This document shows, piece by piece, positions 1 through 10,037 of a stretch of 32,357 nucleotides of DNA. The translations under genes were made by a program, and so were the position numbers. The notes beneath the pieces are model-generated. The model made no database searches and was not told where the DNA came from. It was given only the letters and a program-made list of their open reading frames with translations. The first letter of the stretch is position 1. Every line of letters starts with the position of its first letter. Source of the DNA: a virus (lineage: Duplodnaviria; Caudoviricetes); the IMG/VR virus record IMGVR_UViG_3300025875_000078, positions 1 through 32,357 of that record. One strand, written 5' to 3'.

Positions 1-16
1 TGTCCAGAAGCTCATC

Positions 17-1690
17 TCAGCACCCCTTCCTTTTCACCATTCCGCCGTTCTTTAGACCCTGGCGCTTCAGTTCCGCTTCGATCTGGGCATCGCGGTTGCG
101 CAGGAAACCAGCGGCTTTGCCGACCACCCCATCGTCAATCAGCTTCTCGCGGATGAATTTTCGCTTATCGACCTCTGAGTCGGCCTTCGGATTGGCCGCG
201 ATTCTCTGGTATATCCAGTCCACGAAGCCACCGTCGGCGTAGCCGTCACTATAGCGTTTCATAAGCCCGGCGTGGTTGATCCGTTCAAGTTGGGCACGTA
301 CGCCAGGGATGGCAACAGATTCCGCGTTCACAACGAATTCGCCATCAGAAAGCCGCGCAGGGATGGAGTCGGAAGTCTTCGATCCAGGGCCGTCAACGCC
401 CCCGCCGTCACGAAGGTCATGGCGCTTGCTGGCAACGTAAGCGCCATGAAGGATACCCTGTAGGTAGGCCAGCATTTGCTGATCCTGCGCCTTGGTTCCA
501 GTGTACTTCTCGCCTTCAAACGTCTTCTCGAACATTGCCCTACGCTTGGATAATTTGAGGGGACCTGGCTTATGCACAATCCCGCCATCCTTGTGCGATA
601 GCGCCCCAAACAGCGCAGCCGCGCCAAGTGCCCATCCGATCGGGTTCCACGCATTCGCCGCCGCAGCAGTTTCCACGCCAGTGGCCAGCGATGCGGTAGT
701 CTCTGCGGCAGCCTCGCCTGCGGCTTCCGCCAGGCCAGCTCCTGCGGCTTGGCTTCCAACGCCACCCACGCCAGCACCAGTTCCTGTCAACCCAAGCGCT
801 GTCGTGCCATCTGCAGACGCATCAGCCAACGCAGTATTTGCTACGTCGATGCTGGCGTCCTTTGCTATTTCTGCCTTTGCGGGATTGACAAGCTTGTAGA
901 CACGGTTCACGCCCTTGGCAATACCAACCGCCTGCTGTGCTCCGCTTGGTTGCGGTGCCGCCTGTATGCCGGCGTTGGGTCCGGTCATGGACATTCCGCG
1001 TTCCATGTAGCGGGCGCGGCCACCATCAGCAAATCCCTCTTCCACCAGCCCGCCGTCCTTCTTGAAGTATTTCTCGTAGATGTCAGCGCCAGCCATCAAT
1101 GTGCTGCCAAGTCCGGCGTTTGCCTGGGCATTGGTTTGTGCGTTTTGTGCCATGGTCTGGCCTTGCGAGCCATATCCGCCTGCGATCTGTTGACCTTGCG
1201 TCATGCTCTCGGTCTGCATGTCGTTGAGCAGTTTCCATTTGTTTGTTGCGGCGGTGGTCTGCGCGGTGTCCAGGGCAATTCCGGTCTGGTTGACAGCACC
1301 GGCTTTCGTTGCAGCGCCAGCCATCGCATTGCGGTTGGCCATGCCGGCGAACTTTCCAGAATTAGGGTTGAGCCCATAACGCCCAAGGGTCCGCACCATC
1401 TCCGCCGTTTTGCTATCGGTCGCGGCCTGCGCGGCGTTGGCGGCCGCACCCTTCATCTGGTCAATGTATCCCTGGCTACTGTACTTGTCGTAGGCTCCCA
1501 TCGCCCCTTGCAGGCCGCCGGCCATATAGGGGTCTCGCAGCGCGTCGGTCTCTTTGAGCTTGCCAAGGTTGTAGTCGAGCATCCGCCCCTGCGCCTCGGT
1601 CGCAGAATTCTCTGAACCTCCGCTATCCCCCCCGCCGAAGTTGGCTCCTGGGTGGCGCAACCACGTCCTGTATTTACTCGCTCCGAACAT
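17..1690 (-). CDS. Virion internal/DNA-ejection (pilot or tape-measure-like) protein
   Basis: 557 aa, Ala/Gly/Gln-rich; hydrophobic segment NPIGWALGAAALFGAL; GPGSKTSDSIPARLSDGEFVV motif typical of tape-measure/ejection proteins; distal position in the late operon. Confidence 0.7.
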   Translation of the reverse strand: MFGASKYRTWLRHPGANFGGGDSGGSENSATEAQGRMLDYNLGKLKETDALRDPYMAGGLQGAMGAYDKYSSQGYIDQMKGAAANAAQAATDSKTAEMVRTLGRYGLNPNSGKFAGMANRNAMAGAATKAGAVNQTGIALDTAQTTAATNKWKLLNDMQTESMTQGQQIAGGYGSQGQTMAQNAQTNAQANAGLGSTLMAGADIYEKYFKKDGGLVEEGFADGGRARYMERGMSMTGPNAGIQAAPQPSGAQQAVGIAKGVNRVYKLVNPAKAEIAKDASIDVANTALADASADGTTALGLTGTGAGVGGVGSQAAGAGLAEAAGEAAAETTASLATGVETAAAANAWNPIGWALGAAALFGALSHKDGGIVHKPGPLKLSKRRAMFEKTFEGEKYTGTKAQDQQMLAYLQGILHGAYVASKRHDLRDGGGVDGPGSKTSDSIPARLSDGEFVVNAESVAIPGVRAQLERINHAGLMKRYSDGYADGGFVDWIYQRIAANPKADSEVDKRKFIREKLIDDGVVGKAAGFLRNRDAQIEAELKRQGLKNGGMVKRKGC

Positions 1691-2126
1691 TGGTATGCTC
1701 CTTCATGTAATCGTCGATGCGCTCGGGCATCATGGCTTTCCACACGTCCGGCAGGATTTCTGCCGCGCGGGTCTTATTGTTGAAAACGGTCACCAGGAAG
1801 GTGCCGACGTGGCCTACGGCATAGCGCAGCCCATGGGCTATTTCAAGTTGGTGCAGGTCGCCAGATCTCTCCATGCGGTTCGCCGCATGGAAGCCCATGA
1901 TGCCAGTAAAGATAAGCGGCGCTAAGGCGGGCTGATACTTCAAGTAGACAGGGTTCGATGGTATATCCGACAGTGCGCACTCGAAAGCGGTGTTTATCGC
2001 TTCGTCTGACACTGGCTTGTCTTTGTCTATCAGGTCGTCCCAGATGTGCGCGACGTAGCCAAGGTCATCCAGCAGACGCACCGCATCCATGTTACCATTG
2101 AACCATTCAGGGGTGTAGTCAGGCAT
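1674..2126 (-). CDS. Conserved phage hypothetical protein with DDxxD motif
   Basis: 150 aa ORF overlapping the next gene; HIWDDLIDKD motif; probably helical. Confidence 0.7.
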   Translation of the reverse strand: MPDYTPEWFNGNMDAVRLLDDLGYVAHIWDDLIDKDKPVSDEAINTAFECALSDIPSNPVYLKYQPALAPLIFTGIMGFHAANRMERSGDLHQLEIAHGLRYAVGHVGTFLVTVFNNKTRAAEILPDVWKAMMPERIDDYMKEHTNVRSE

Positions 2127-2221
2127 GATAGTGGGCTAAAAAATGTGCATAGTAGGCGGATTCGGATAGTCTCGGGCGAACTTTCGTTGGGCTGGATGCT
2201 ACACCATTTCAACGGATTGCG

Positions 2222-3031
2222 TTACCCGATACGCCATGCGAATCCACCTGGCTGGTAAATCCCATCTCCTTGAATATTTGAACCGCCGACCCCGACACCT
2301 GCGTAAAATATTGTTAGCTCATCAAACCAAGTTTGCTTTATAAACCCCGCATAGGCCCATGTTCCACCGGCTGGCAATGTTCTCGTCCCAGCCGCCAGCG
2401 TGACCCACTGACCGATTCCTTCCCCGACCTTCGGGGCAGGGAACCCTGTTGCGCCCCCTGTGATAGCGGCCCAAGAGGCTGTCGATCCGCTCGTAGTAAG
2501 ATATTGCCCACTGTGACCAGCTTGCGCTGGAAGTACAGATGCGGATGCAATAGCCGAATCCACATAGGCGGTAGATGCCGCCTTTACCGCATCGGCATAG
2601 GCGGTGGTAGCGAGCTTGGTGCTGTTGTTCCCCTGTGTCTGGGTAACACCGGTCGTCCCGGTCGGGAGTGACGGGGTGCCAGTGAAGGCCTGCGAATCGA
2701 CATTGGCTTTTGCCATATTGACTTCCATCGCATCGTAGAGAGCGGCACGGCAAGGGCGGGAGGTAATAATATCGCCAACGATAAAGGCTCTCGCCGCTGT
2801 GCCGTCCTGGGCGCGAACAATCGTCAGATAATCTCCGGCGCGAGCGACAGCCTTCACGATCTCCATGTTGTTTGACTGGTCTACTAAGGTCATGTATTCG
2901 TATTGACCTGGAGCGTACTGCGTCAGGCGCGATCCGTAGCCAGCCGACAGGGTTACCGTAGTTGCCGAGTCACTGATCCCTGTGGCGATCGGTGCACTGA
3001 AGTTGTTGGTAATCTTGAGTCCAATGGTCAT
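2222..3031 (-). CDS. Tail fibre / receptor-binding protein
   Basis: N-terminal fibre anchor (NMEIVKAVARAGDYLTIVRAQDGTAARAF), fibre repeat (FTGTPSLPT...NSTKLATTAY), Gly/aromatic-rich C-terminal tip. Confidence 0.8.
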   Translation of the reverse strand: MTIGLKITNNFSAPIATGISDSATTVTLSAGYGSRLTQYAPGQYEYMTLVDQSNNMEIVKAVARAGDYLTIVRAQDGTAARAFIVGDIITSRPCRAALYDAMEVNMAKANVDSQAFTGTPSLPTGTTGVTQTQGNNSTKLATTAYADAVKAASTAYVDSAIASASVLPAQAGHSGQYLTTSGSTASWAAITGGATGFPAPKVGEGIGQWVTLAAGTRTLPAGGTWAYAGFIKQTWFDELTIFYAGVGVGGSNIQGDGIYQPGGFAWRIG

Positions 3032-3043
3032 TGTCGTGTCCTA

Positions 3044-3709
3044 TCAGGCGTCTGTGCCGGCTGCGATGGTGAAGTAGATGGTAACACCATGAAGCCTGGC
3101 ATCAACGCCTAAGGAATCCTCCATATCGCCGGCGTTGCGGAAAATCTGGAACACCACGAGGTCTTCTGCCGCTGGCGGTCCAGGGATAGTTATCGCCAGT
3201 GTAGTAAGTGTGGTGTAGGCCGTATCCACCGCTCCACCTGTAGCGTAGACGTAGTTGGCGGTACCTAGGGTGGCATCCATTGAATCGCCGTTGGAGATCG
3301 CTGCGGCCTGAATCCCCCATGCCACGCCAAAGTTGGTGGTGGCATATGGGTGACTCCAGGTGAACGCGGCGGCGACGGTGCCAAGGTTCCACTTTTTCGG
3401 CATCCTGCGGATGAACTGCACGTATTCGATGGTTGCGGCGTCGAAGTCGAAGGTCTTGAGCATGATCTTTGAATTTGCTGTCTCGGCTGTCCCGGCTGCC
3501 GCGCCGTTGGTGGAGCGCGCGTAGAGCTCAGAAGCGGGAACCCAGATGGATTGCACGCCGAGCACATTCCCCGCCAGCAACCACTCCGTGCGGTTCAGCA
3601 ACGCCTGGGCCTGGGTATTCATTGGGGCGCCCGCCCCGCCAAGAACAAGGGTGCCCGTTTCGTGTTGCGGCACATCGCTCCAAGCCGCTATAGGGGTAAG
3701 CATCGTCAT
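3044..3709 (-). CDS. Putative virion structural/fibre-associated protein
   Basis: 221 aa; N-terminal VLGGAGAPMNTQAQALLNRT fibre-like motif; probably beta-rich; coupled to neighbours. Confidence 0.6.
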   Translation of the reverse strand: MTMLTPIAAWSDVPQHETGTLVLGGAGAPMNTQAQALLNRTEWLLAGNVLGVQSIWVPASELYARSTNGAAAGTAETANSKIMLKTFDFDAATIEYVQFIRRMPKKWNLGTVAAAFTWSHPYATTNFGVAWGIQAAAISNGDSMDATLGTANYVYATGGAVDTAYTTLTTLAITIPGPPAAEDLVVFQIFRNAGDMEDSLGVDARLHGVTIYFTIAAGTDA

Positions 3710-4164
3710 CAGATTTCGCTCCGGAAAACATCGGCATTCTTGCCGAGTTGGGTAATTGTCGCCATGGTGTTATTTGAATTGTAATGGCCGCTACAGCAAA
3801 GCCTAACACATTGATATATCAGCCACACCTTCCATGCAGAAACGCCTATCAATAGGCAAGCCTCGCGCAACACCTTGTCCGCCAATGCACGAGGGATCGC
3901 GCCAGTCGAATATAGGCTGTCATGCACAACGCCAGGCATGTCGGATATCTTTGCCAGCAGGATGTAGACAAATGGCAGACGCGGGATTGATGCCAGATCA
4001 GTGACGAATCCGGCCGGGACGGTGATAACCATGTCCGCCACATCGGACTGATAGATAAAAGGTGTTCGCAGTTGGTAAAGTTGCTCGCCGTTTCGGTTCA
4101 CAAGCGGGTAGCCATCGGTTGAACACATCAACTCCATATCTAATATGGTAACGAATTTGCTCAT
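3709..4164 (-). CDS. DUF1353-family protein
   Basis: ITVPAGFVTDLASIPR...VVHDSLY...ADKVLREA signature. Confidence 0.85.
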   Translation of the reverse strand: MSKFVTILDMELMCSTDGYPLVNRNGEQLYQLRTPFIYQSDVADMVITVPAGFVTDLASIPRLPFVYILLAKISDMPGVVHDSLYSTGAIPRALADKVLREACLLIGVSAWKVWLIYQCVRLCCSGHYNSNNTMATITQLGKNADVFRSEI

Positions 4165-4175
4165 AGCGGTTCCTT

Positions 4176-4364
4176 TTATGCTCCGAGTCGTGCAACGAGT
4201 TGGTTGATCTTGGTGATCACTTCGTCCAATGTCGCCGTTTTAGAGAGCGGCTCTAGCGGCCCTGATCGCGCGCCGGTGATCTCATCTAGAATATGCTTGA
4301 TAGGCCAGATTACTCGCGCGGCTCCTGGATCGATAGCGGTAGGTGGGGGGATTGACGGCTTCAT
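4176..4364 (-). CDS. Small hypothetical virion protein
   Basis: 62 aa; start overlaps the upstream stop; C-terminal ATLDEVITKINQL helix common in podovirus tail modules. Confidence 0.65.
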   Translation of the reverse strand: MKPSIPPPTAIDPGAARVIWPIKHILDEITGARSGPLEPLSKTATLDEVITKINQLVARLGA

Positions 4365-6256
4365 GCTTTCGCTAGTTCAGGAACCGTTGTGGCCATAACA
4401 ATCCTCCGCACCGGGATGTTACCAGAGATTGCGATTTCCCATGTATCGCTCCTAAACCCGGATGGCAAGCGAATCGGCTTGTTGTCATTGACGGCACCCT
4501 GAAAAACAATGGACTGATCAGCATAGATACGGATGGCCAAGAATCGGGTTCTAGGAGTTCCCCCTGTTCCCCCTGTTCCTCCCCCTGTCCCTCCTGTCCC
4601 TCCTGTTCCTCCTGTTCCTCCACCGGTGAGTGACGATCCATTCCACTCGAATTCATTGGCGAGACAGATTCCCCACCCAGAGCTATAGGCGCCTTCAGCC
4701 CATTTGCTCGCATTGTCCGTTTGGGTAATCATGTTATCTGCGACGGTTTCCAATGCAATAATCTCGGGGTCGTGATCGGCCAATACCTGAACCGCAGTAA
4801 AGTTCATCGGGCGTGGAAGAACGAATAACTTGCTCTTCCACTCATATTGACTTCTGCTGATGAGGTCTGCATCAAACTCAACTATCTTGTCGTCCCAGAG
4901 CAGGTATAACTTTCCGGTGCTGGTGATGATGTGCGCGGCTGTGGCTGGAATCCTGATCGTGGTCATCGGTGCTTCTGGCAACGTGGTGTCCATGACGAGG
5001 CCGCTGGTGACCGTGACGGCATCCGAGATTGAGCCGTCCATCGCCATGCTTCCACCCATCGTGAAGGCTCCGTCCATGACGAAGTAGTCTGTCTCGACCC
5101 GGGTGTACCAGAGCGTGTACCGCTCATCATAGAAAATTCCGTGCATCCCATTTGTGTCGTATTTGATCCACTCTTCTTGTGTGAATAGTGATCGAGTGGT
5201 ATTTGAAGCAGTCGCCCCGGAAAGATGGGCGATGCCGTTGTAGGTAACGTAGATCGCCCCTACCCCATCGGTCGAAGCAGATCGCTTGCTCAAACAGGGG
5301 ACGTTCTTGCTCATCTGCTCCGTTGACATGGAATCCGGGGTCATCCCGGAGCAGTAGTACGGCTTCCCGGTGGTGAGTACGTACATGCCCTGGGCAATGG
5401 GGACCAGTGCGACGATCTTGTCGGCCACGGTGAGCGCGTAGTCAGATGGCCAGGCGTGCGGCTGGTAGGCGGCGCTGAAGTACAGTGAATTTCCGATGAA
5501 CCCGGCAAGAATCCCATTGGCGAGCGACACCAGCCCCTTGAGTCCTACGGGTGGGACATCAAAATTCGTGGAGGTAATCTCCTCAGCCAGTTGCTCATCT
5601 GTGATCCCATCCGTGGTGGATGTCCCAGTGAACTCTTTGACGAACTGGTAGGCTCCGCCATTGGAGCGATACAGGCGCCGCTTGGTGACGTTGTAGCCGG
5701 TGGTGGGAACATCAGACATGGCGTCTATGGTAATGGTGTCTCCGGACGCCCAGGTGGCAATGGTTACGGGCGGGGATGGGGCGCCTTCTTCCTCGATTCC
5801 GCTGAACAGGGAGACATTGGTGTAGACCCAGACTCTAGTCATGGTGCCCGTACCGGCAGACGCGGTTGCGGCTGCGGCAGGCGCAGGGACACCCAACTCG
5901 TAGTAGGTTTGCGGGTAACGGCCCGTTCCGGCGATCGCCATGGCAGAATCAGTCTTCTTCGGCGTTCCATCCCCAGTGTAGTAGTATCGTCTCTTGTCAT
6001 CGTCATCCGCGACGGGCCCGAGCACGCAATCGACATCGGTGTCCCAGGAAAACCAGCGTTCTGACCCTTGGTCATAGAAGATGGATTGAGTAGTCGCCGG
6101 AACGGTGACGCCGATGGATCTTGACCCACGCCACGCACGGATAGCGCCGGCGTGTAGGCGAACGTCCTGGGCTACCTGGGCACCGTTCTGCGGTAGGAAA
6201 GCCGGGTCTGTTCTCGGAGCAATACCGGAGAAGGAATTTAATGCAATGATAGACAT
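4361..6256 (-). CDS. Tail nozzle / packaged-DNA stabilisation protein (tail tubular B-like)
   Basis: 631 aa; starts F-S-G-I-A-P-R, contains YFSAAYQPHAWP and ends PIRLPSGFRSDTWEI; follows an adaptor gene. Confidence 0.7.
   Translation of the reverse strand: MSIIALNSFSGIAPRTDPAFLPQNGAQVAQDVRLHAGAIRAWRGSRSIGVTVPATTQSIFYDQGSERWFSWDTDVDCVLGPVADDDDKRRYYYTGDGTPKKTDSAMAIAGTGRYPQTYYELGVPAPAAAATASAGTGTMTRVWVYTNVSLFSGIEEEGAPSPPVTIATWASGDTITIDAMSDVPTTGYNVTKRRLYRSNGGAYQFVKEFTGTSTTDGITDEQLAEEITSTNFDVPPVGLKGLVSLANGILAGFIGNSLYFSAAYQPHAWPSDYALTVADKIVALVPIAQGMYVLTTGKPYYCSGMTPDSMSTEQMSKNVPCLSKRSASTDGVGAIYVTYNGIAHLSGATASNTTRSLFTQEEWIKYDTNGMHGIFYDERYTLWYTRVETDYFVMDGAFTMGGSMAMDGSISDAVTVTSGLVMDTTLPEAPMTTIRIPATAAHIITSTGKLYLLWDDKIVEFDADLISRSQYEWKSKLFVLPRPMNFTAVQVLADHDPEIIALETVADNMITQTDNASKWAEGAYSSGWGICLANEFEWNGSSLTGGGTGGTGGTGGTGGGTGGTGGTPRTRFLAIRIYADQSIVFQGAVNDNKPIRLPSGFRSDTWEIAISGNIPVRRIVMATTVPELAKA
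4557..4626 (-). repeat. Imperfect 9-nt tandem repeat encoding a (GGT)n Gly/Thr linker
   Basis: cctgttcct/cctgtccct units; protein GGGTGGTGGTGGTGGGTGGTGGT. Confidence 0.85.
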
Positions 6257-6861
6257 CAGGCTTTCTCGGACAAGCGAGCCACGAACGACGCCATGAAACC
6301 AGCGGCCCGTTCTTGGGATGCGTACTCGTCCTGCCGCGTGAGTGCAACGTAGACGATGTAGTCCGTGATGGCCCCGGACAAGGTTGCCGGCAGCGTGGTT
6401 TCATCCGTTATTGCGTACTCGCAAGGGATGCGCACATAGGTGACGGAGAGCGTCTGCGATGGCGGCGCTGGCGGATAGACGTAGAAGCGCGTCTTGCTGT
6501 CATCGAGCGGGAACCAGTGGATAGCCGCGCCCGTTGTTTCGGACATCCATCCAGGGGCGAAGGCTGACAGGGTGGCGCGGTCGGTCGGTGTGACGACACC
6601 CCCGCCAACTACCCGGTCAACAGACACCAGCGACAGCGCATCGGCAAAGCTGATCGACTGAAGCGCCTCCCCGGCGACACAGGCGAGGGTTCCGGTTTCA
6701 TAGTAGTAGCGAGGTGCCAGCGTAACGATGGCGTCGAGAGCATCGTTGGCGTATCGCAGTAGATCGGCATCTGGGTAGGTCGTCATCAGGATGTCGTTGA
6801 GGATTGTCCTGGCGGTTGTGATCGGGGTCTGCAAGGTCAGGCTCATCATGTTCTCCGGCAA
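6256..6861 (-). CDS. Head-tail adaptor-like protein (DUF6682 / P22 gp4-like)
   Basis: ARTILND...YPDADLLRYANDA...RFYVYPP...AITDYIVYVAL pattern; the true start may be a few codons downstream. Confidence 0.7.
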   Translation of the reverse strand: MPENMMSLTLQTPITTARTILNDILMTTYPDADLLRYANDALDAIVTLAPRYYYETGTLACVAGEALQSISFADALSLVSVDRVVGGGVVTPTDRATLSAFAPGWMSETTGAAIHWFPLDDSKTRFYVYPPAPPSQTLSVTYVRIPCEYAITDETTLPATLSGAITDYIVYVALTRQDEYASQERAAGFMASFVARLSEKA

Positions 6862-7580
6862 TCTGTATCGACAGGATGCAACGTGGCGCTAGACGTTACT
6901 GGAGTCAAGACGCCGGGCGTCAAAGTATGCCCGCAAGCCAATCCAACTAAGACGGAATGAATGGGATTTGTAAGGACGGCATAGCCACCAACAACACTAT
7001 CCTGATAGAAGCGAATCTCTACCCGGTTGCCGGTAGTCATGCCGACATTTTCAATGCGTGCCCCAAAGTCCGGAACGTCGGCCAGCACACGCTCTATCAG
7101 AAATCGGTCGCGCTGCTGTCGGTAGCGTAGCTGCCCGAACTTCAGATAGAAGAACAGCACGTCATTGACAGACGACTGCGATTCCCGCTTGTCATCAAAC
7201 GTCAGCCTAGGGCTAGTGATGTCTGGGTACGGGGTGGTCGTATGGTCGTTCAGGTTGGTGTCGTACCAGTAGAGATTGGCTAGGCCATTCCGCATATAGG
7301 CCAGCGTGACGTGCATGGAAATATCGAACGCTAACGCCAGTTCGGTTACTCCACCCAACTCCAGCACCGCCGTCTTAGCGGACAAATCGGCTTCTGGTGC
7401 CACCCAGATCACGTTCCCAGCATACCATGCCTTCCAGTTCTGTACGTCGTGGCCTAGCGACGCATCGCTGATTCCGATGCCGCCACGCTCCCAGTCGATA
7501 AGCGGCTCGCGCGGCCTGTCATCTGGAGGCAGGAACGGCGCCGATACCGCGATGGAGGACAGTGTATTGTCAGGCAGCAT
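6846..7580 (-). CDS. Putative tail-associated structural protein
   Basis: 244 aa; DWERGGIGISDAS and LRYRQQRDRF motifs recalled from proteobacterial phage tail modules. Confidence 0.65.
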   Translation of the reverse strand: MLPDNTLSSIAVSAPFLPPDDRPREPLIDWERGGIGISDASLGHDVQNWKAWYAGNVIWVAPEADLSAKTAVLELGGVTELALAFDISMHVTLAYMRNGLANLYWYDTNLNDHTTTPYPDITSPRLTFDDKRESQSSVNDVLFFYLKFGQLRYRQQRDRFLIERVLADVPDFGARIENVGMTTGNRVEIRFYQDSVVGGYAVLTNPIHSVLVGLACGHTLTPGVLTPVTSSATLHPVDTDCRRT

Positions 7581-8971
7581 TACAGCGTCTTCCGCGCCCA
7601 GGTGACGCTGAAACTGAGCGTGAGCGTCTTGGTGTTGTCCTTAGGGATTTTTAGCGGTGTGGTGTAGTCGGCCTCATAGAAGCCGACTTGGTAAGCCTCT
7701 AGGCTATATGAATAGTCATTGCCACCATAGACACGCCAAAGTATCGCGCCAATTCCGCCCGATAGGTTCCCGTTGTTAACGCCCCAGGTAAACGAGCCTT
7801 CCGCCGTTTTGGAATTTGCCGAATAGGGCACCCGTGATTTACTACCCGATCCACTAATTACTCCTGATGGGTAACTGGTTATCTCGCCAATGGTGTCCGG
7901 ATACGCATAGGAGCCACCATAAGCGGCGCTGGTCCCGATCAAGAACGCTAAGCCCCCAATACGATCATGTCCCCACATACTATTGTCAGTGACATAGGCC
8001 GCACGCAGGATCGTGTAATACGTCACGCCGTCCAACACCACCGTTCCGAGTACGTCTGATGTTGGCGGGTACAGACGTAACTCATAGGTCACGTCCAGGA
8101 TTTCATCTCCAAGGACCGTAATCGGGGCTTCGGCGCCGGCTACCGTACAGGTCAGCGCAGTTGAGGCCACTGTTTGTGATGTAGAAACGATATAGGTTCC
8201 GGTTCCGCCTGTTCCAGTTCCGAGTTCGGTCACTACCGTGTTAGCCGTCACGCCCGTTCCCGTCACTACTGACCCGACAACCACGCTTCCGGATGTGACT
8301 GCGGTAACCGTTAGGGTTTTGGACTTAATGCTTCCAGTCACGGATGCGGCGCTACCCCCAGCAAGTATCAAGGCGCGTGAGAACATCGTCGTCGCGCCCC
8401 AGCCAACCCCAACTTCAGCAAGCGTTCCGGCCGCTGTGGCGTAGGTGGAGGTTATCGAGGTGCTAGAAACCGTCTGAGATGGGCTGACAGTGTAGGTGCC
8501 TATTCCGCCAGAACCCGAGCCGAAGGTGGTAACAGTCGTGTTGGCAGAAATTCCGGTTCCGGTAAGGACTGCGCCGACCTTGATTGTTCCGGAAGAAACA
8601 GCAGAAACCGTAAGCGTGGTGTCGGTAATGCTTCCGGTAACGATAGCCGTAGTCAGTGGGAAGCGGTAAGTAGTTCTGTTCCATGCATAATAGGGCGCAG
8701 TCGCCTGGGTGCCATATACTTTTGCTTGTTGTGTGGTAGTCGAGGCGGCAAGCACCTGGAGCGAAGTCTGTGCGGCATTCACCGCAACAGAGCTTGTCCC
8801 TACTGCACATGTGCCTAGTGCACTGGCGGTTCCAAGACGTTCCAGCCCAGCATCGAGGATCAGATTGTCGAACCAGTCGGCCAGGACACGCTTGCTGCCG
8901 TCCGGGCGAATTGCCTCGATCTTGAAGCGGCCAGCCATGCCGACGGTGGGTTTTATTGGGATATTATGCAA
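7580..8971 (-). CDS. Putative tail/structural protein with a duplicated Thr/Ser/Gly-rich beta domain
   Basis: 463 aa; N-terminal [16 protein letters not shown]; two copies of VTGSI..TLTV.AV.SG...VG.V.TGTG..ANT.VT..G.G.GG.GTY.VS.SQTV.ST. Confidence 0.7.
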   Translation of the reverse strand: MHNIPIKPTVGMAGRFKIEAIRPDGSKRVLADWFDNLILDAGLERLGTASALGTCAVGTSSVAVNAAQTSLQVLAASTTTQQAKVYGTQATAPYYAWNRTTYRFPLTTAIVTGSITDTTLTVSAVSSGTIKVGAVLTGTGISANTTVTTFGSGSGGIGTYTVSPSQTVSSTSITSTYATAAGTLAEVGVGWGATTMFSRALILAGGSAASVTGSIKSKTLTVTAVTSGSVVVGSVVTGTGVTANTVVTELGTGTGGTGTYIVSTSQTVASTALTCTVAGAEAPITVLGDEILDVTYELRLYPPTSDVLGTVVLDGVTYYTILRAAYVTDNSMWGHDRIGGLAFLIGTSAAYGGSYAYPDTIGEITSYPSGVISGSGSKSRVPYSANSKTAEGSFTWGVNNGNLSGGIGAILWRVYGGNDYSYSLEAYQVGFYEADYTTPLKIPKDNTKTLTLSFSVTWARKTL

Positions 8972-9377
8972 GGGAGCCTCCAGTGAGCGCAGCCGTGACG
9001 CTAATCGCCTCCGGCATGTAAAATGGGTAGTTCTGGTAATGCGTGGTAATCAACAGCACCCCGCCGGTGAGCGCTGCCGTAACGTCCAGCGCCTCCGGTT
9101 GGTAGTACGGGTAGTTGCCATACCGCAACACCACCGTCAATGCCCCGCTGGTCAGCGCAGCAGATACGTCCAGCGCCTCCGGTTGGTAGTACGGGTAGTT
9201 GCCGAGGATAGCACGCAGCGACCCGCCTGTGAGCGCGGCCGACACATCCATGCCTTCGACCATCGCAACGCCAAGCATCCGCCCTCCCGTCATGCCCGAC
9301 GCCACCCCTAACCCTTCCACTACATAGAGCGGATAAAGTTTGCTGGTGAAGGAAATTGGAAGTGGGCAGAGTGCCAC
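8964..9377 (-). CDS. Structural protein with about 24-aa internal repeats
   Basis: 137 aa; [12 protein letters not shown][ST]AALT[SG]G repeated; overlaps the downstream gene. Confidence 0.65.
   Translation of the reverse strand: MALCPLPISFTSKLYPLYVVEGLGVASGMTGGRMLGVAMVEGMDVSAALTGGSLRAILGNYPYYQPEALDVSAALTSGALTVVLRYGNYPYYQPEALDVTAALTGGVLLITTHYQNYPFYMPEAISVTAALTGGSLA
9040..9250 (-). repeat. Intragenic direct repeats with 72-bp spacing
   Basis: acgtccagcgcctccggttggtagtacgggtagttgcc is present twice, 72 bp apart, with degenerate flanking copies. Confidence 0.85.
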
Positions 9378-9380
9378 AAC

Positions 9381-10037
9381 CTATCCCCAAAGCTCATGTG
9401 CGCGAGCGGTCGGCAAACCTCCGAACTTGCGCGGGCGAACGGTCAACAGCCCCCCGGCATTGCCCGTCACGGTTGTGATCCTGGCGGCAACTAAATCGTT
9501 TCGGAACCGCGTTTCGTAGGCGGAGCCTAGTTCAAAATTCGTCCATGGCTTCCCTGGCATGAGCATCAATCTAGCCTTCGTGCCGGCCATAACCGTGTCG
9601 AGATGGGTGTCGTAGAACACGTCACCCAAGTCGGTCGCGGTTAGTTCTGGTTTAAGCACCACGGAGACGCTGACCGCCTCGGCCACGCTTGGCGTGCTTA
9701 CAAGACAGACCTTGTTTAAGCCATCGACGTAATAGTTGCGAGGGATGTTGTTCTGAACGACTTGATCGGCCTCTTGCTGGCTAGTGATACCAAGTCCGCG
9801 CGGGTAGTTTGTCGTTCTTACGCTGGTGACGCGACTTAGCTTGAAACCAAAAGGCAGTGAGAGCGCGTACTTGCGCGTGCCGATCACGGATGTGAACGTC
9901 ACGGTGTCGGTAATCAGGTCCGCTTCGTCGCACAGGTCCCGTACTGCCGCCATGATAGCGTCGTTGACAAGCGGAATTGGGCACATGGGTAACTCGGGAG
10001 TTGCCCGACGCGTAAACAGTGATATAGCGGTGGTCAT
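9381..10037 (-). CDS. Second head-tail adaptor/connector-like protein
   Basis: PELPMCPIPLVNDAIMAAVRDLC and AGTKARLMLMPGKPWTN motifs; ATG at 10037 overlaps the upstream stop. Confidence 0.7.
   Translation of the reverse strand: MTTAISLFTRRATPELPMCPIPLVNDAIMAAVRDLCDEADLITDTVTFTSVIGTRKYALSLPFGFKLSRVTSVRTTNYPRGLGITSQQEADQVVQNNIPRNYYVDGLNKVCLVSTPSVAEAVSVSVVLKPELTATDLGDVFYDTHLDTVMAGTKARLMLMPGKPWTNFELGSAYETRFRNDLVAARITTVTGNAGGLLTVRPRKFGGLPTARAHELWG

Noticed and set aside
749-1615. 288-aa plus-strand ORF and similar long antisense ORFs (e.g. 8709-9311, 21982-22605, 27009-27680)
   Set aside because: These are shadow ORFs opposite well-supported genes in GC-rich DNA.
2130-2450. Possible DGR variable region at the tail-fibre C-terminus
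   Set aside because: I saw no template repeat or reverse transcriptase in the window. It cannot be excluded for the rest of the genome.
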